Of a DNA stretch of 64,000 nucleotides, positions 29,801 to 38,786 are shown piece by piece (the stretch's first letter is position 1; each line of letters starts with the position of its first letter). The translations under genes were made by a program, and so were the position numbers. The DNA lies in the sequence record NC_026927.1; one strand, written 5' to 3'. The notes beneath the pieces were generated by a model that saw nothing but the letters and a program-made list of their open reading frames with translations, made no database searches and was not told the origin of the DNA.

Positions 29801-32721
29801 CATATGTGAATGGTGGAACTGTAAGACCAGGTAACAAGTTTGATGTGGCAACCGCAACCTACAATACTGAAAATGGTATTGTGAGAGTTACTACCACTGA
29901 AGATAACTACTTGGTTCTTGGTAGAGGAGTTAACCTACAGGGTCTAAACTTCTCCTGTACCTCTGGTGGTCCTAACAACAAACCTGGAACACTAACCTTC
30001 CCCGACAAAACACCAACCAATGTAACCGCCGCCACATATGATAGTGTGACTGGTGTATTACGTATCACAACCAACAGACCTCACCAAGCATACAAGGACG
30101 CGTTTGTATCCCTAAACGGACTAACCTTCACTTGTGATCCAGGTGGTCCTCTAGTATTCCCTAGAAACCCTGATACTAAGTCCTTCAGAGTTACTAAGAG
30201 AGTTGATGACTACACATATGAGTGTCAGTTGGCACCAACCAATAAGGTTCATACTTATCTAAGTGGTGGTACTTCATCCACAGGAAACGGAAACTTCAGA
30301 GTTTCTCGTCTCATTGATACAAAGACCTTCGAAGTCACAATGGTTCCTCTAGATCTACCACATACCTATGTAAATGGTGGTTCCGCCGCTAGTGTATTCA
30401 CTAGACAGATCATTGATGGAATCAACATCAACACTAGGAAGTGTGCTAGAGACGTTAGACGTATCTACCTCGCAGTGGCACACGATATCACTCGTGGTGG
30501 TAACTGGAAGTGTGTTGAAGGAGCGAAACTCTACTACGATAACGTGGGTCAAACCAAGTTTATCTCTGGTGGTGAAGTAAATCAAACCGTTGAGGCACTT
30601 GACTTCTCCCTAAACATTGTTAGATGTTTAATCAACAACGTAACATGGGGTGGAGTTCCAAGAGGATATCTCACTAAGGGTGAGAGAAGTGAACTAAGAA
30701 TTCCATCTTCAGCTAAGACTTCAGTGGTTGGTTTCAGACAACAACTACTTTCCAACCAATATACTACTGAGAAAAAGAATATCTCAGGTATGATATACGA
30801 TAACCTTACGGGTATCGCAACCGTCACTACTAAACTCTCTCACGAACTCATCAAGTATGATGGTATTCAACTCTCAGATATTGAGATGAGATGTACTGGT
30901 AGTCCAAGGATTACCACCAATGTATTCCCTGATGGAACACAAGGTGAGATCTTTGAGGTTATGGAAACTTTAGATGATAGAGTAGCATACATCGTAACTG
31001 ACGCGTCATACACCAACACCACTGGTAAGTTGGTAGTAACAACAACAGGAAACAATGATATTCCTGTTGGATCAAGAGCAAAACTAGATGGTTTACTCTG
31101 GACTTGTTCATACGATCCTTCAAAACAACTTAAGTTCCCAGAGAACAGGAAGTTCCGTTATGAGGTTATCGCAAAACCAGATGGTACAACACTAGAGTTC
31201 AATGTTGGTATCTCTACGATTCCACACACATTTGTTCCAGCTCCTATAGATGTTGAATACACAGTCAAGGAGGATCCAGTTAAGTTTAAGGTTCATGTTG
31301 GTACAGTTTCCTTCCCACACACCTACTTCGGTGGTGGAACAGTATGGCACAAACTACCATTCACTCCACCTTTCACCCAAACACAGATCAAGGACGTATC
31401 ACAACAGAAAGATCCAGTCCAGTTCTCTAACAATACTCCTAACGGATGTGCTAATGTATTCTCCGCTATCAGTAATTGTATTGGTGTTGTTACTAGTATC
31501 GTAGCAAATGGATTAGAAGGATCAGGTATCTCCACAACTTATCCAGGTAATGATGGTAAAGGTGTTCCAACTATGGATGAGATGCCTTCACAGGGTGTTG
31601 GTAACATTATCAAAGGTCCATACATCAGAAACTGTACGAACTTCGTTCCCAAGTCTATTGGTATGAGAATGGATGGTTTCGACGCGGAACCTGGTGATGA
31701 AATCTCCAATGGTGTTCAAGGTTCATCTAACGTTGACTCCTTCACCCAGTTCAACCCTGGTGGTGTTGGTTGTTCCATCTCTAACGGAACCTACCAACAG
31801 TTGGTTTCTATCTTCACTATCTGTTGTGATGAAGCAATCGTATGTGACTCTGGAGCACAACTCGACCTCACTAACTCCAACTCTTCCTTCGGTAGATTGG
31901 GTCTAGTCGCAAGAGGTATTGGTGATAAACTCTCCAAGTGTATCGACAGATATACTGGTATCGTCGCCAAAGAGGCATCAATCGAAGATGACCTAGTTGT
32001 TGTGAAGGGTATTGGTGATAAGAGACCCTACGATGGTCAGGGTATTTTCTTCGGAGAACTCTTCAGGGATGTGGTTAGTATCGAAGTTCTGGACGGTGGT
32101 TCAGGTTACAACGATGATATTCCACCTAACGCGTTTGTCGCAGAACCTACTGGTCCCGCTGGTATTAAGGCGGAAGTTTCACCAACAGTCAGAGATGGTG
32201 TTGTTGTTTCTATCGAGGTTATCGCAAATGGTAACCAATACAGAGAGAAATTCCCTGAGGTTGTAATATCACCTCCTAAGAGTCCTCTTGGTAGAACCGC
32301 AAAAGCAAGGGCAATTACCGAACCTCTCTACTATAATGTAGAAAGTTCTTCCCCACCTGAAGAGGGTACAACTAGTATCATCTTCAAACAGCGTCTAAAT
32401 AATACCGTATCGGTAGGCACAACTGTATTCTTCTCTAGATTAAGTCTACAGATTGCCTCCTCTCACTCCTTCGAATACATTGGTGCTGGTAACAGCATTA
32501 ACGGAGCAAGACCTTCTGAAGGTGGAGTTCCAATTAAGGAAAATGAGATCGTGAAGGAAGACGGTGGTTCAATTGTCTATACCTCCACTGACCAGGCAGG
32601 TAACTTTAACATTGGTGACGATTTCGTTATCAACCAGTTCACTGGTACTATCACTGGTAGATCGTTCGATCAATCAGTCCTAAATAAAGTTACTCCACTC
32701 ATCATCGCCCTAGACAGTTAA
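20818..32721 (+). CDS. Giant (3967 aa) virion fibre/structural protein with nested repeat domains
   Basis: The N-terminus KIKFKRSGVAGRRPSLADLQLGELGIN resembles the T4 gp37 N-terminus. It has a split beta-helix-like scaffold, helical CxRD...INN domains, 31 two-part repeat domains and a late promoter. Confidence 0.85.
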   Translation: MISTATKIKFKRSGVAGRRPSLADLQLGELGINYNDGKLFFRQENEVVGSRIIEPGQGDVIGKTIFVSTKGNDNNSGLNERDAKRTVKAAAAVAEPGDSIKLYPGQYIEDNPIVFKDRVSVEGMELRNVLVTPANPSKDLYQVGEAFHATNHSFVSNRDSTDGASIITYRPLEGTASDRYFDAARLIRDNLSFIANETVGFLTSGYSGFAAGQRSQDAARALELNKNFIVEEAFQYINSPDYTGATYFNPDPAQCKRDLGNIIDGWRYDLISDGNTRSTGLGLTYYAPIPFVNSANVADLVYNRNNGDVLIETDVDTQVSVGEKIKLQDIRLECGSYNNDFLITGFKYDNTSGIGTVNLPFIHNVKVGDLVKFDGLEFDCPAYGAIEYGIQDFKYNETTGGSVVTLTEDHDLKIGDTIELRDLQFDCPAYGGDFTNIINLEYNKTSGQGVITYDKPADLKSGDVVILYDLTLTCDAYGNAISVTDFSYDNFTGITEVEVNRPHNLRPGDLIKLENLKFSCDSYLNETYKVSNFVYNESTGDSVLTLTEPHSLVAGKNVRLADLVFSCNSYVPTAKAISDFQYDEVVGISTITLASPHNLSVGEQFRLEDLVFSCNSYSFTDIPIIDAPYDNVTGYVTLSFSGDHGQQVGERVRLRDIEYSCPGGSGITTTLFPDGTFGYEFEILSVPNTKKMILNVGTSTIEHSYVSGGTATVGITTTIFPDGTQGFDFNVSSVNSSTVIEASVGISTIAHNYVSGGSLFVGFTTTVFPDGTQGDTFRVNSIPSSTQISVNVGVSSIAHTFVSGGTATDLDSFIPVSGFTYNEGDGTGLVSLDKAHNLVVGDSFVLEDLKFNCNSYRTGGTSTIDITNFEYDKVTGLSTVTLSSSHNLHVNDTVALYDIKFSCPGGSGITTNIFPDGTRDNFYDVVADLNPNQIIVRVGKSDITHTYASGGTLSVGITTNIFPDGTRPSGDFFQVISVPSTKSVLTQVGLSSIAHSYASGGKFYTGITTNVFPQVFTDPNIKVTNAVYDEVSGVITITTNKAHGLTDTAPVLLQDLNFSCLSGGVGNTPGNLVFPRNQEVYDVVSVLSTTQYTINVGPSDFAHAYVDGGTSTTQNITKASYNKGTGDLTVTLDKQHGYSVGDRASVVDLLFSCQSGGPNNQPGTLLFPRPTDEYEVLSASGKTLTVNVGAFPSLVHTYKNGGSLTYSSTVLPVSNAVYDQSTGVLTLTTSIALGAPVGSTIKMQGLNFSCASGGPGNDAGAIVFPRLDTPTFKVKEVKSGVSYVINVGTSTLSHTYTSGGFSSLKKLKNDPNIFKVIDTPTPSKVITNVGVSSIAHDYVSGGNMFVGITTNVFPDGTRPDGSRFEVISALSPNQALINIGVSTITHNYDSGGRMQYGTTNERPVLDFLYDGQTGISTVTIRGTHGLNQGDLVKLRGLEFACTNSPGITTTIFPDGTAAGLNIYKVTEIISNSTFKTNVGRVGFDHTYIQGGSAFVGITTNIFPDGTQGYNYTVAAIPNKNQVTVDVGISSIQHDYIRGGSLFSGKTNERDIADFKYDHISGDAVLTFRKAQNLFTQDLVKLKNLQFDCPNSTGITTTLFPDGTRSNLFLIKERLNPTQFKLNVGTSPFGHDYVRGTGQAFVGITTNIFPDTKTQPSKLFKVVDVPTPTTISAKIGVSTISHSYVKGGKVFVGINTDIFPGDEQVSPLGDTYTVQSITKDGELVINVGLSSISHSYGGGGKVLYGQSSGNNLQHITGPGVLDATIAAIDFEKQVAINALNNRPWGSFVPEETAVVEAFAYDNQTGFGTVTARGINVNTGDTIRMSDIQFVCSEEYAGVTTTFFPDNTRPEGQYFRVERRINIDEFEVNIGVSTIKHVFNYETGGNVYRYRQSILDVNYDRSSGITSIRATKHGYKAKDIVELGDIEFDCPVFKPQYDIENFVYDNTTGLSTVTTTVDNTIKVGDNVKLADIKLECPPYGNQRVIDNFVYDNKSGLSTISLTAAHGLNLRPRPSVSISTALYDNQTGILTVTTNADINFTDRSGQGVQLSGLRFSCDSAGFPGTLTYPEENLVYDILEIQSPSKFKINVGLSTIAHEYVNGGAATKVDRFDVKLQGIKFDCPAYGNTIDVTNFLYDQRSGNSLVTVDKAHKLSVGDNIKLADLKFQCAPYGNDYNVLNADYDNTTGIITVTTNQNINGVGVGDTIRLSRLQFDCVGSGPEYNITNVFFNTGNRSVILTVPERPIGLNPGDDIKLTNMSYLEGGSGNVVAYPDGRDSSLNIFRINDVQPNSILPGYFDVTTAFPNVKDPFAIFNNTGRLTTGITTNIYPENVGAEGGFYEVIRLRQDNQFEIQVGTSTITHNYVRQGQMFTGVTTNFFPGNLQNSPRGNIFEIVEVPTATQVRINVGVSSISHSYDSGGQMFVGITTNIFPDGTRGNLFPVVGVANTLTLRIDAGVSSIPHNYVSGGELFVGITTNIFPGNSQNSPRGSIFKVLSKDNECGSDRFTINVGVSSITHGYVEGGTVTTGVTTNKFPDGTHGFKFPVIDVLDDNYFTVNVGTSTITHNYISGGFTRRLEVPINSFVYDRVSGLSTVGIQSHRMNIGDLVKLRDVKFNCDPYGGEKTISGVVYDNTSGRMTVNTTGSHSLNINDVVKLSNIQLDCSPYGNERTITAATYNRNNGNLSVQVSEPHNLKISENVKLKGLEFSCSSEHAGVTTTIFPDSTAPSLNIYAIQSITNSTTFMVNVGTSTISHNYVSGGSAFVGITTNIFPGDSQNSPRGSFLSVVDIPASDAFVVNVGVSTISHGYVRGGLVQTGITTDVFPDGTQSDFFKIEDVPSNNTVVINAGISSIIHRYNSGGFAAKYVTYQSNNSQLLDSSVIRVSGDCMAVGERVEELAGIVTSIIKNGPSIAPGGIPVDVVSASYDQSGGALSVTVKDAIDLTPTNIVRIEGLIFECESSGVTNTRVYPDNKVFNYEVLSVQSPTTFTINVGSQADIPHTYVNGGTVRPGNKFDVATATYNTENGIVRVTTTEDNYLVLGRGVNLQGLNFSCTSGGPNNKPGTLTFPDKTPTNVTAATYDSVTGVLRITTNRPHQAYKDAFVSLNGLTFTCDPGGPLVFPRNPDTKSFRVTKRVDDYTYECQLAPTNKVHTYLSGGTSSTGNGNFRVSRLIDTKTFEVTMVPLDLPHTYVNGGSAASVFTRQIIDGININTRKCARDVRRIYLAVAHDITRGGNWKCVEGAKLYYDNVGQTKFISGGEVNQTVEALDFSLNIVRCLINNVTWGGVPRGYLTKGERSELRIPSSAKTSVVGFRQQLLSNQYTTEKKNISGMIYDNLTGIATVTTKLSHELIKYDGIQLSDIEMRCTGSPRITTNVFPDGTQGEIFEVMETLDDRVAYIVTDASYTNTTGKLVVTTTGNNDIPVGSRAKLDGLLWTCSYDPSKQLKFPENRKFRYEVIAKPDGTTLEFNVGISTIPHTFVPAPIDVEYTVKEDPVKFKVHVGTVSFPHTYFGGGTVWHKLPFTPPFTQTQIKDVSQQKDPVQFSNNTPNGCANVFSAISNCIGVVTSIVANGLEGSGISTTYPGNDGKGVPTMDEMPSQGVGNIIKGPYIRNCTNFVPKSIGMRMDGFDAEPGDEISNGVQGSSNVDSFTQFNPGGVGCSISNGTYQQLVSIFTICCDEAIVCDSGAQLDLTNSNSSFGRLGLVARGIGDKLSKCIDRYTGIVAKEASIEDDLVVVKGIGDKRPYDGQGIFFGELFRDVVSIEVLDGGSGYNDDIPPNAFVAEPTGPAGIKAEVSPTVRDGVVVSIEVIANGNQYREKFPEVVISPPKSPLGRTAKARAITEPLYYNVESSSPPEEGTTSIIFKQRLNNTVSVGTTVFFSRLSLQIASSHSFEYIGAGNSINGARPSEGGVPIKENEIVKEDGGSIVYTSTDQAGNFNIGDDFVINQFTGTITGRSFDQSVLNKVTPLIIALDS

Positions 32722-32725
32722 GATC

Positions 32726-33076
32726 ATGGCAGCAGTTGCTTTAAATACGTTCAAAACGGTCAGGCATTTAGTTTCTGATTCCAATGTGGGGATTTATACA
32801 TCCCCCATTGGTGTTGCCTCTATTGTCCTATACGCTCAGGCGACACACGTTGCGAACGATGAAAGTGTATATTTCATTAACTTTTCACATGCTCGTCCCG
32901 ACGAGGATCCTGTGCAGTTTGAAATCATTAAGGATGGTCCAGTTATCCCTAATGACGCACTAAACCTATTAACAGGTAGATTAGTTCTCGAAACTGGAGA
33001 CGAACTTAGAGTATCAGGAAATACGACCGGAGATGTGAAGGTTGTTGTTTCTATTCTAGAGACTGCAAAGTCTTAA
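32726..33076 (+). CDS. Small virion-associated companion protein
   Basis: IYTSP.GVASIVLYAQ...LVLETGDELRV; translationally adjacent to the giant gene. Confidence 0.65.
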   Translation: MAAVALNTFKTVRHLVSDSNVGIYTSPIGVASIVLYAQATHVANDESVYFINFSHARPDEDPVQFEIIKDGPVIPNDALNLLTGRLVLETGDELRVSGNTTGDVKVVVSILETAKS

Positions 33077-33108
33077 TAGCATAACACACACACCCAAAGC
33101 GTAGACCA

Positions 33109-36100
33109 ATGCCTCTAAATTATCTTACCGGAAGAGTAAGTAGATTACAAGTTGGATTTCCAGGGTTTTCAACAGCAAAGGACCTTACAGTTGATGTAGC
33201 AGGTGCCATTGGTATTGATACCCAAAACCCAAGAGCAGCTGCCGACTTCCCAGATGTCAGTATCCGTGGTGATATTGTTGACTCTGTTGGATTTACCGGT
33301 GGTATTGGGTATTTTCTAGCGCAAGATGTTCAGGGTGTTCGGTGGGTAGAGGCTCCACCTATCAACTCTAACGCCATCTTAGTGTTAGACAATGGAGTTA
33401 TCGTTGGTGCTGGATCATTCATTGGTCTAAACTTTGACTCTGGTAAGGATGAGGACTTCCTCTCGGTTGTTCCTGACCCACTAAACCCACAGATTGCAAA
33501 GATTGCATATGATGTTCGTTGGGTAAGATATAATTACGGTAATAATAAAGGTATCTCCACAGGTTTTGGAGATAATGGTGACTACTCCTCTATCCCTGGT
33601 TATGGAACCACAGAGGCAGTTGGTGTTACCTCAGTTGGTATTGGTACTAACCAACCACTAGATGACTTCCAAGTTGGTATTGGATCTACTGGTGTTACTA
33701 TCAACGGACCTCTAGGTCTAGTTGATGCAGAAATTATTAAAGCAAAATCAATCTCGGTTGAAGGAAACCTAGAGGTTGAATCACTTATTGTTAGACCTGG
33801 TGTTGCCACTCTAACCACTCTAGATGTATTGAACGAGGCGTTCATACCAGTAGAGTATGTTGGTTTCTCCAGCATTCAAGATGCAAATATTGATGCTCTC
33901 TTTGCTAATCAGTTACTAGCAGGTATTACTACCCTAGGTTTCGGTGGTGAAGATGTATTCATCCTCAACGACTTATATGTTCAGGGTGGTTTAGGTACCT
34001 TCGATGGCGACGTATTCGTTGGTGGAGACCTAACTGTTAAGGGTGAGACGTTCTTCAACCAGATTAACGCAGTCAACTTATCAGTATCTGGTATTGCCAC
34101 TATCGTCCAAGCGGAGATAGCTGTTGGTTTAGTTACCGATCTAAAAGTATCTGGTTTCTCTACACTATCAGATTTCTCATTCAACATTGGTGTTGGTACA
34201 TACCTAGAACTAGAAGATCTAGATGTATCTGGTGTTGGTAGTTTTGGTGTTGTCAACTCTGGTGATATTAATGTTAGTGGTGGTTTAACCGCTAGTGAGA
34301 TTGATGCAGATAAGGGATACATTGGTATTCTCACAGCAGACTCTATTGTATCTGGTGCAGGTACTATTGGTTCTATCGAGTCTGATGGGAACCTAACAAC
34401 ACTTAATGATATTATTGTTGGTGGTGCTTCAACCTTCGTTGGTTTGGGTACTTTCCAAGACGATCTCTTTGTTGGTGGTGACCTCTTTGTTAGAGGTGAT
34501 GTTACCTTTAAGAATATTAATGGTGAACAACTACTAATCAGTGGTATTGGTACCATCAAGGAACTAGTCTTTGATAGTGGTATTGGAACCTCACTAGAAG
34601 TGAGAGATCAGATTACGACTGGTATATCTACGATCAATGAAGCAGATATTCAAGATGCCGCTGTTGAGAGACTTACTGTTGGTGATGCAGAGATCATCGG
34701 TATCGCAACTATTACCGAGATTGATGTAGATAGAGGTAGAGTTGGTATCCTAACTGGTACAGACCTCTCCTATGCTGGTATCGGTACTATCACGGAGATT
34801 GATGTTGACCAGGGTAGAGTTGGTCTAGTCACTGGTGACACACTACTATACTACGAACAGTCTAGGATCAATAGAGTTACCTTCTTTGATAACTACCTAT
34901 CAGTTAATCAGAGTCTAAGAGTTTCTGGTCTCTCCACCTTTGTTGGAACAGGTACATTCTTCAATGACTTGTATGTTGGTGGTGACCTATATGTTGCTGG
35001 TGAACTAAACTTCAAACAACTCAATGGTGAGAACCTATACCTAACTGGTGTTGGTACCATCTATGATCTACGTAACACTGTTGGCTTCATTACTAACCTC
35101 TACGTAGAAGAGTCTGTAACTGGTTTAGCAACCATCAGTAGTCTAGTTGGTTCTTCCGCCACTATCACAGACTTCACTGGTGAGTCACTACTCATCCAGA
35201 ATCCATTCAACCCAATGCCTCTGGACCCAACTGGGATCCCAGGACAGGGTGTTATTGATAGTCTCCTAGTTAGAAACCTAACTTCCTCTAACAACATTCT
35301 AGCCAATGACATTGATGCCAACTTCGTTGACACCGATGATCTAAAGGCTGGTGTTGGTACTATCACTGACCTAGAGTGGACTACCGCTGTTGGTGATGAC
35401 ACTACTACCAATACTCTACAGGTTACTGATACAGCAACCATTAACATCATCGATGCCAATCAGATCGATGCCGAAGATGCTAATATTGGAGTTGCCACCC
35501 TCTCTAGTCTCCTAGTAACTGGTGTCACTACCTTCAAGGGTCAGGTTGATATTGAGGATATTGAGTTCGTTGACCAGAGTGTCACCGGTATTTCCTCTAT
35601 CAACATCCTCAAGTTCAATGTTGGTTATGGAACTTACCTAGAGGTCACTGACTCAGTAACTGGTGTTGGAACTATTGGTCTTGCCAGTATCACAACCGCT
35701 CAGGTATCCTTCCTAGATGTAAGAGATGAGGTAGTTGGAGCATCCACTATTGGTGTTCTATCAGTAACTGAAGGATTTGCAGTATCTGGTTTCTCCACCT
35801 TTGTTGGTTTCACTACCTATAAAGGAGATGTATTTGTTGATGGTAACTTAACTGTTACTGGTTTCGTTAGTTTCACACAACTAAACGCTGATCAATCACA
35901 GATTGGTATCCTAACTGTATTCGATGCGTTAGACGCTAGAACGGGTGTTGGTACATTCAAACACCTAGAGACAGTAGATAGTGCAGTTCTATCAGGTGTA
36001 TCTACCATTGGACTCACAACCTTCAAGAATGGTGATGTTAATATCAACCGCAACTTAACAGTTGGTGGTATCACTACCTTCATTGGTAATGTTTTCATTG

Positions 36101-38715
36101 AGGATACTGAGTTTGTAGAACTAAGTGTTACCAATCAGGCTAACATTAACAAACTATTTGTAAACTCTGGTGTTGCAACTCAGTTTAGTATTGGTGTTGC
36201 TACTATCACCCAGTCACTAACAGGTATCGCCACTATTGGTGACCTCAATGTAACTGGTCTTTCTACCTTCGTTGGTCTCGCTACCTTCCAGGGTGATGTT
36301 TATGTTGATAGTTACCTAGAAGTATCTAAGGATGTTGTAGTTGGTTCAGCACTAACAGTTCCTAACCTTACATTCACTGATGGTGATGGACAGTTCCTCA
36401 ATATTCAGGAAGAGGTTGTTGGTGTATCCACTATTGGTTTTGCTAGTATTACAGATGAGATAGTAGGAACTTCCACTATCTTTAGATCCAATATTCGTGA
36501 CCTAGCAGTATCCGGTCTCTCCACCTTTATTGGTGATGTGTTGATGGGTTCCAACCTAGATGTGGTTGGTGATATATCTGGAACTAATATATCAATTGCA
36601 CAATCAGTAACCTCCGACACCCTATTCACTAGGTTTGCTGATATTGAGGGATCCAATACTGGTGTTGCTACTATTGGTTTCGCCACTATAACCGAACTCT
36701 TCACTGAGGATCTAACGGTTGTAGGAACCTCCACCTTCGTTGGTTTCACAACGATGACGGGAGACCTAAACATTGAGGGTAACCTTAATGTAACTGGTGT
36801 TGTTACCTTCCAACAGTTAGACGCAACTCAGTCACAGATTGGTATCCTAACGGTATTCAACTACCTAGACAACCAAGGAGACCTAAGAGTAGTTGGTTTC
36901 TCCACACTCGGTGACTTCTCAGCCAACTCCGGTATCCTTACCAGTATTGAATCTGGTGAGATTGATGTAACCGGTGATGTTTCTATCGGTGGAACACTAG
37001 GTGTTGCTGGTGAAGTTGGTTTCTCTAGTAACTTCTATACCGTTGGTATTACTACCCTCGCTTCTGGAACTGGTATTGTTACTACTGGTGGTGACCTCTA
37101 TGTTGGTGGTAACCTATTCGTATATAACGATATTGTATATGATGAAATCATTGGTCGTAACCTAGACATCAGTGGTATTGGTACTATCGCAGACCTCAGA
37201 GTGGGTCTTGGTAGTATCGCAGACCTTAGAGGTACAACACTCAGGTATCAGACTGGTATTATTACTTCACTCAGAGCAGAAGATTCTGAAGTTGGAAGAC
37301 ACATTGGTACTTCAGTTGTTGTAGAGAACATAACTGCAACAGGTCCTTCTACTTTCGTTGGTGTTGTTACTACTACTAACGAACTCTTTGTTGGAACTAA
37401 CCTATTCGTAGGTAACAACGCAGATATCCAAGGTGATATCTTCGGTAGAAACCTAACACTCGAACTAAACGCCTCTGGTACTACACTAGACTTTGATTCA
37501 GGTCAGATCGATGACCTTATCTCACAGTATATACTCTCTGATGACTTGTTTGTCACTGGTATTACTACTTCAGTTGCGGCACAAATCAACTTCCTGAATG
37601 TATCTGGTGTAACTACTTCACCTATCATTAACTCCACACTACTAACCAACTCTGGTTTAGTTACAACTGGTAGTCTATATGTTCAGGGTCTAGCACAGGT
37701 AGAAACAACTCTACTTGTAGATGGTAACTCCATCTTCAATGGTCCAGCACTCTTCAATGATACAGTTACAGTCAATGACGACATTAATGTAACAGGTGAT
37801 ATCACCTTCAACGATATCAGTGGTATTAATGGTAACTTCGCTGGTATTGTTACCGCAACGAAACTCAAGTCCAACTTCCTAGAGGTTAATGGTCAAACAG
37901 CCATTACTGGTTTGGCTACCTTCTTCAGTGGATTGAATGTAAGAGGTGGTCCTCTAGTAGTAGATAATCAGATCTTCGCTAACTCTGGTTTCGTTACTAC
38001 CATTCAGGGTACTGACTTAACATATACTGATGGTATTTTCTTAGGTGATCTACAGGTCAATAAGGATACAACCATCAACCAGAACCTAAGAGTTGTTGGT
38101 ATCACTACCTCAACCAACTTAGATGTATCAGCACAAACTGAAACCTCACTACTAAGTGTAACGGGTGTAGGTACCATTCCAATCTTATACTCCACCAATG
38201 GTGAGTTTAAGACTTCACTCAAGACGGATCAACTCTTCTTTAATACTGGTTTAGGTACATACCTCAGTGTTACTGATCTAAATGTTGTTGGTGTTGCTAC
38301 TATCCCAACACTAGACATTGAATTCCTAGAAGCTGACAGAGCTGAAATTGGTATTCTAACCGTCACAAATAGAACTGATATCAGTGATACTTCCAGTATC
38401 TTTAGTTACAGACTAACTACATCTGGATCAGCCACCAACGTAACTCTCTACGACTCCTCAGTTTATAGAAGTTTCGAGGCAAATATCCAAGTATCCACTG
38501 GTAGTAGTTTCCAATCTAGTAAGATGCATGGTTTGAGTGATGATAACTCTACACCAAATGTACTCTTCAATGAAACTTCTTACCTCTCTAATGGTGGTGA
38601 GTTGGCTGAGTTTGATGTATCAGGTTCCGCTGGTAACAATGTTATCCTAACAGTTACTCCATATACAGTTGGAATTACAACCTATATACTTTCAGTAACC
38701 GCGGTAAGGGTCTAA
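33109..38715 (+). CDS. Large repetitive fibre-like structural protein (1868 aa)
   Basis: Many G.(S/G)TF..D.(F/Y)VGG.L.V.G...F..LN...L..SG..TI units with 10-residue GI.TI spacers, and a C-terminal YRSFEA.IQ domain. Confidence 0.8.
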   Translation: MPLNYLTGRVSRLQVGFPGFSTAKDLTVDVAGAIGIDTQNPRAAADFPDVSIRGDIVDSVGFTGGIGYFLAQDVQGVRWVEAPPINSNAILVLDNGVIVGAGSFIGLNFDSGKDEDFLSVVPDPLNPQIAKIAYDVRWVRYNYGNNKGISTGFGDNGDYSSIPGYGTTEAVGVTSVGIGTNQPLDDFQVGIGSTGVTINGPLGLVDAEIIKAKSISVEGNLEVESLIVRPGVATLTTLDVLNEAFIPVEYVGFSSIQDANIDALFANQLLAGITTLGFGGEDVFILNDLYVQGGLGTFDGDVFVGGDLTVKGETFFNQINAVNLSVSGIATIVQAEIAVGLVTDLKVSGFSTLSDFSFNIGVGTYLELEDLDVSGVGSFGVVNSGDINVSGGLTASEIDADKGYIGILTADSIVSGAGTIGSIESDGNLTTLNDIIVGGASTFVGLGTFQDDLFVGGDLFVRGDVTFKNINGEQLLISGIGTIKELVFDSGIGTSLEVRDQITTGISTINEADIQDAAVERLTVGDAEIIGIATITEIDVDRGRVGILTGTDLSYAGIGTITEIDVDQGRVGLVTGDTLLYYEQSRINRVTFFDNYLSVNQSLRVSGLSTFVGTGTFFNDLYVGGDLYVAGELNFKQLNGENLYLTGVGTIYDLRNTVGFITNLYVEESVTGLATISSLVGSSATITDFTGESLLIQNPFNPMPLDPTGIPGQGVIDSLLVRNLTSSNNILANDIDANFVDTDDLKAGVGTITDLEWTTAVGDDTTTNTLQVTDTATINIIDANQIDAEDANIGVATLSSLLVTGVTTFKGQVDIEDIEFVDQSVTGISSINILKFNVGYGTYLEVTDSVTGVGTIGLASITTAQVSFLDVRDEVVGASTIGVLSVTEGFAVSGFSTFVGFTTYKGDVFVDGNLTVTGFVSFTQLNADQSQIGILTVFDALDARTGVGTFKHLETVDSAVLSGVSTIGLTTFKNGDVNINRNLTVGGITTFIGNVFIEDTEFVELSVTNQANINKLFVNSGVATQFSIGVATITQSLTGIATIGDLNVTGLSTFVGLATFQGDVYVDSYLEVSKDVVVGSALTVPNLTFTDGDGQFLNIQEEVVGVSTIGFASITDEIVGTSTIFRSNIRDLAVSGLSTFIGDVLMGSNLDVVGDISGTNISIAQSVTSDTLFTRFADIEGSNTGVATIGFATITELFTEDLTVVGTSTFVGFTTMTGDLNIEGNLNVTGVVTFQQLDATQSQIGILTVFNYLDNQGDLRVVGFSTLGDFSANSGILTSIESGEIDVTGDVSIGGTLGVAGEVGFSSNFYTVGITTLASGTGIVTTGGDLYVGGNLFVYNDIVYDEIIGRNLDISGIGTIADLRVGLGSIADLRGTTLRYQTGIITSLRAEDSEVGRHIGTSVVVENITATGPSTFVGVVTTTNELFVGTNLFVGNNADIQGDIFGRNLTLELNASGTTLDFDSGQIDDLISQYILSDDLFVTGITTSVAAQINFLNVSGVTTSPIINSTLLTNSGLVTTGSLYVQGLAQVETTLLVDGNSIFNGPALFNDTVTVNDDINVTGDITFNDISGINGNFAGIVTATKLKSNFLEVNGQTAITGLATFFSGLNVRGGPLVVDNQIFANSGFVTTIQGTDLTYTDGIFLGDLQVNKDTTINQNLRVVGITTSTNLDVSAQTETSLLSVTGVGTIPILYSTNGEFKTSLKTDQLFFNTGLGTYLSVTDLNVVGVATIPTLDIEFLEADRAEIGILTVTNRTDISDTSSIFSYRLTTSGSATNVTLYDSSVYRSFEANIQVSTGSSFQSSKMHGLSDDNSTPNVLFNETSYLSNGGELAEFDVSGSAGNNVILTVTPYTVGITTYILSVTAVRV

Positions 38716-38730
38716 AACACCTCTCCCACT

Positions 38731-38776
38731 CCCTCTATAAATATCTGTATATCTAACACTGCAGATTATAGGGGGA
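38731..38776 (+). promoter_or_regulatory. Late promoter embedded in an RBS-sequestering hairpin
   Basis: TATAAATA (38736-43) lies in a left arm (38731-47) complementary to 38762-75, which includes the GGGGG RBS. Confidence 0.6.
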
Positions 38777-38786
38777 ATGTGAACCC

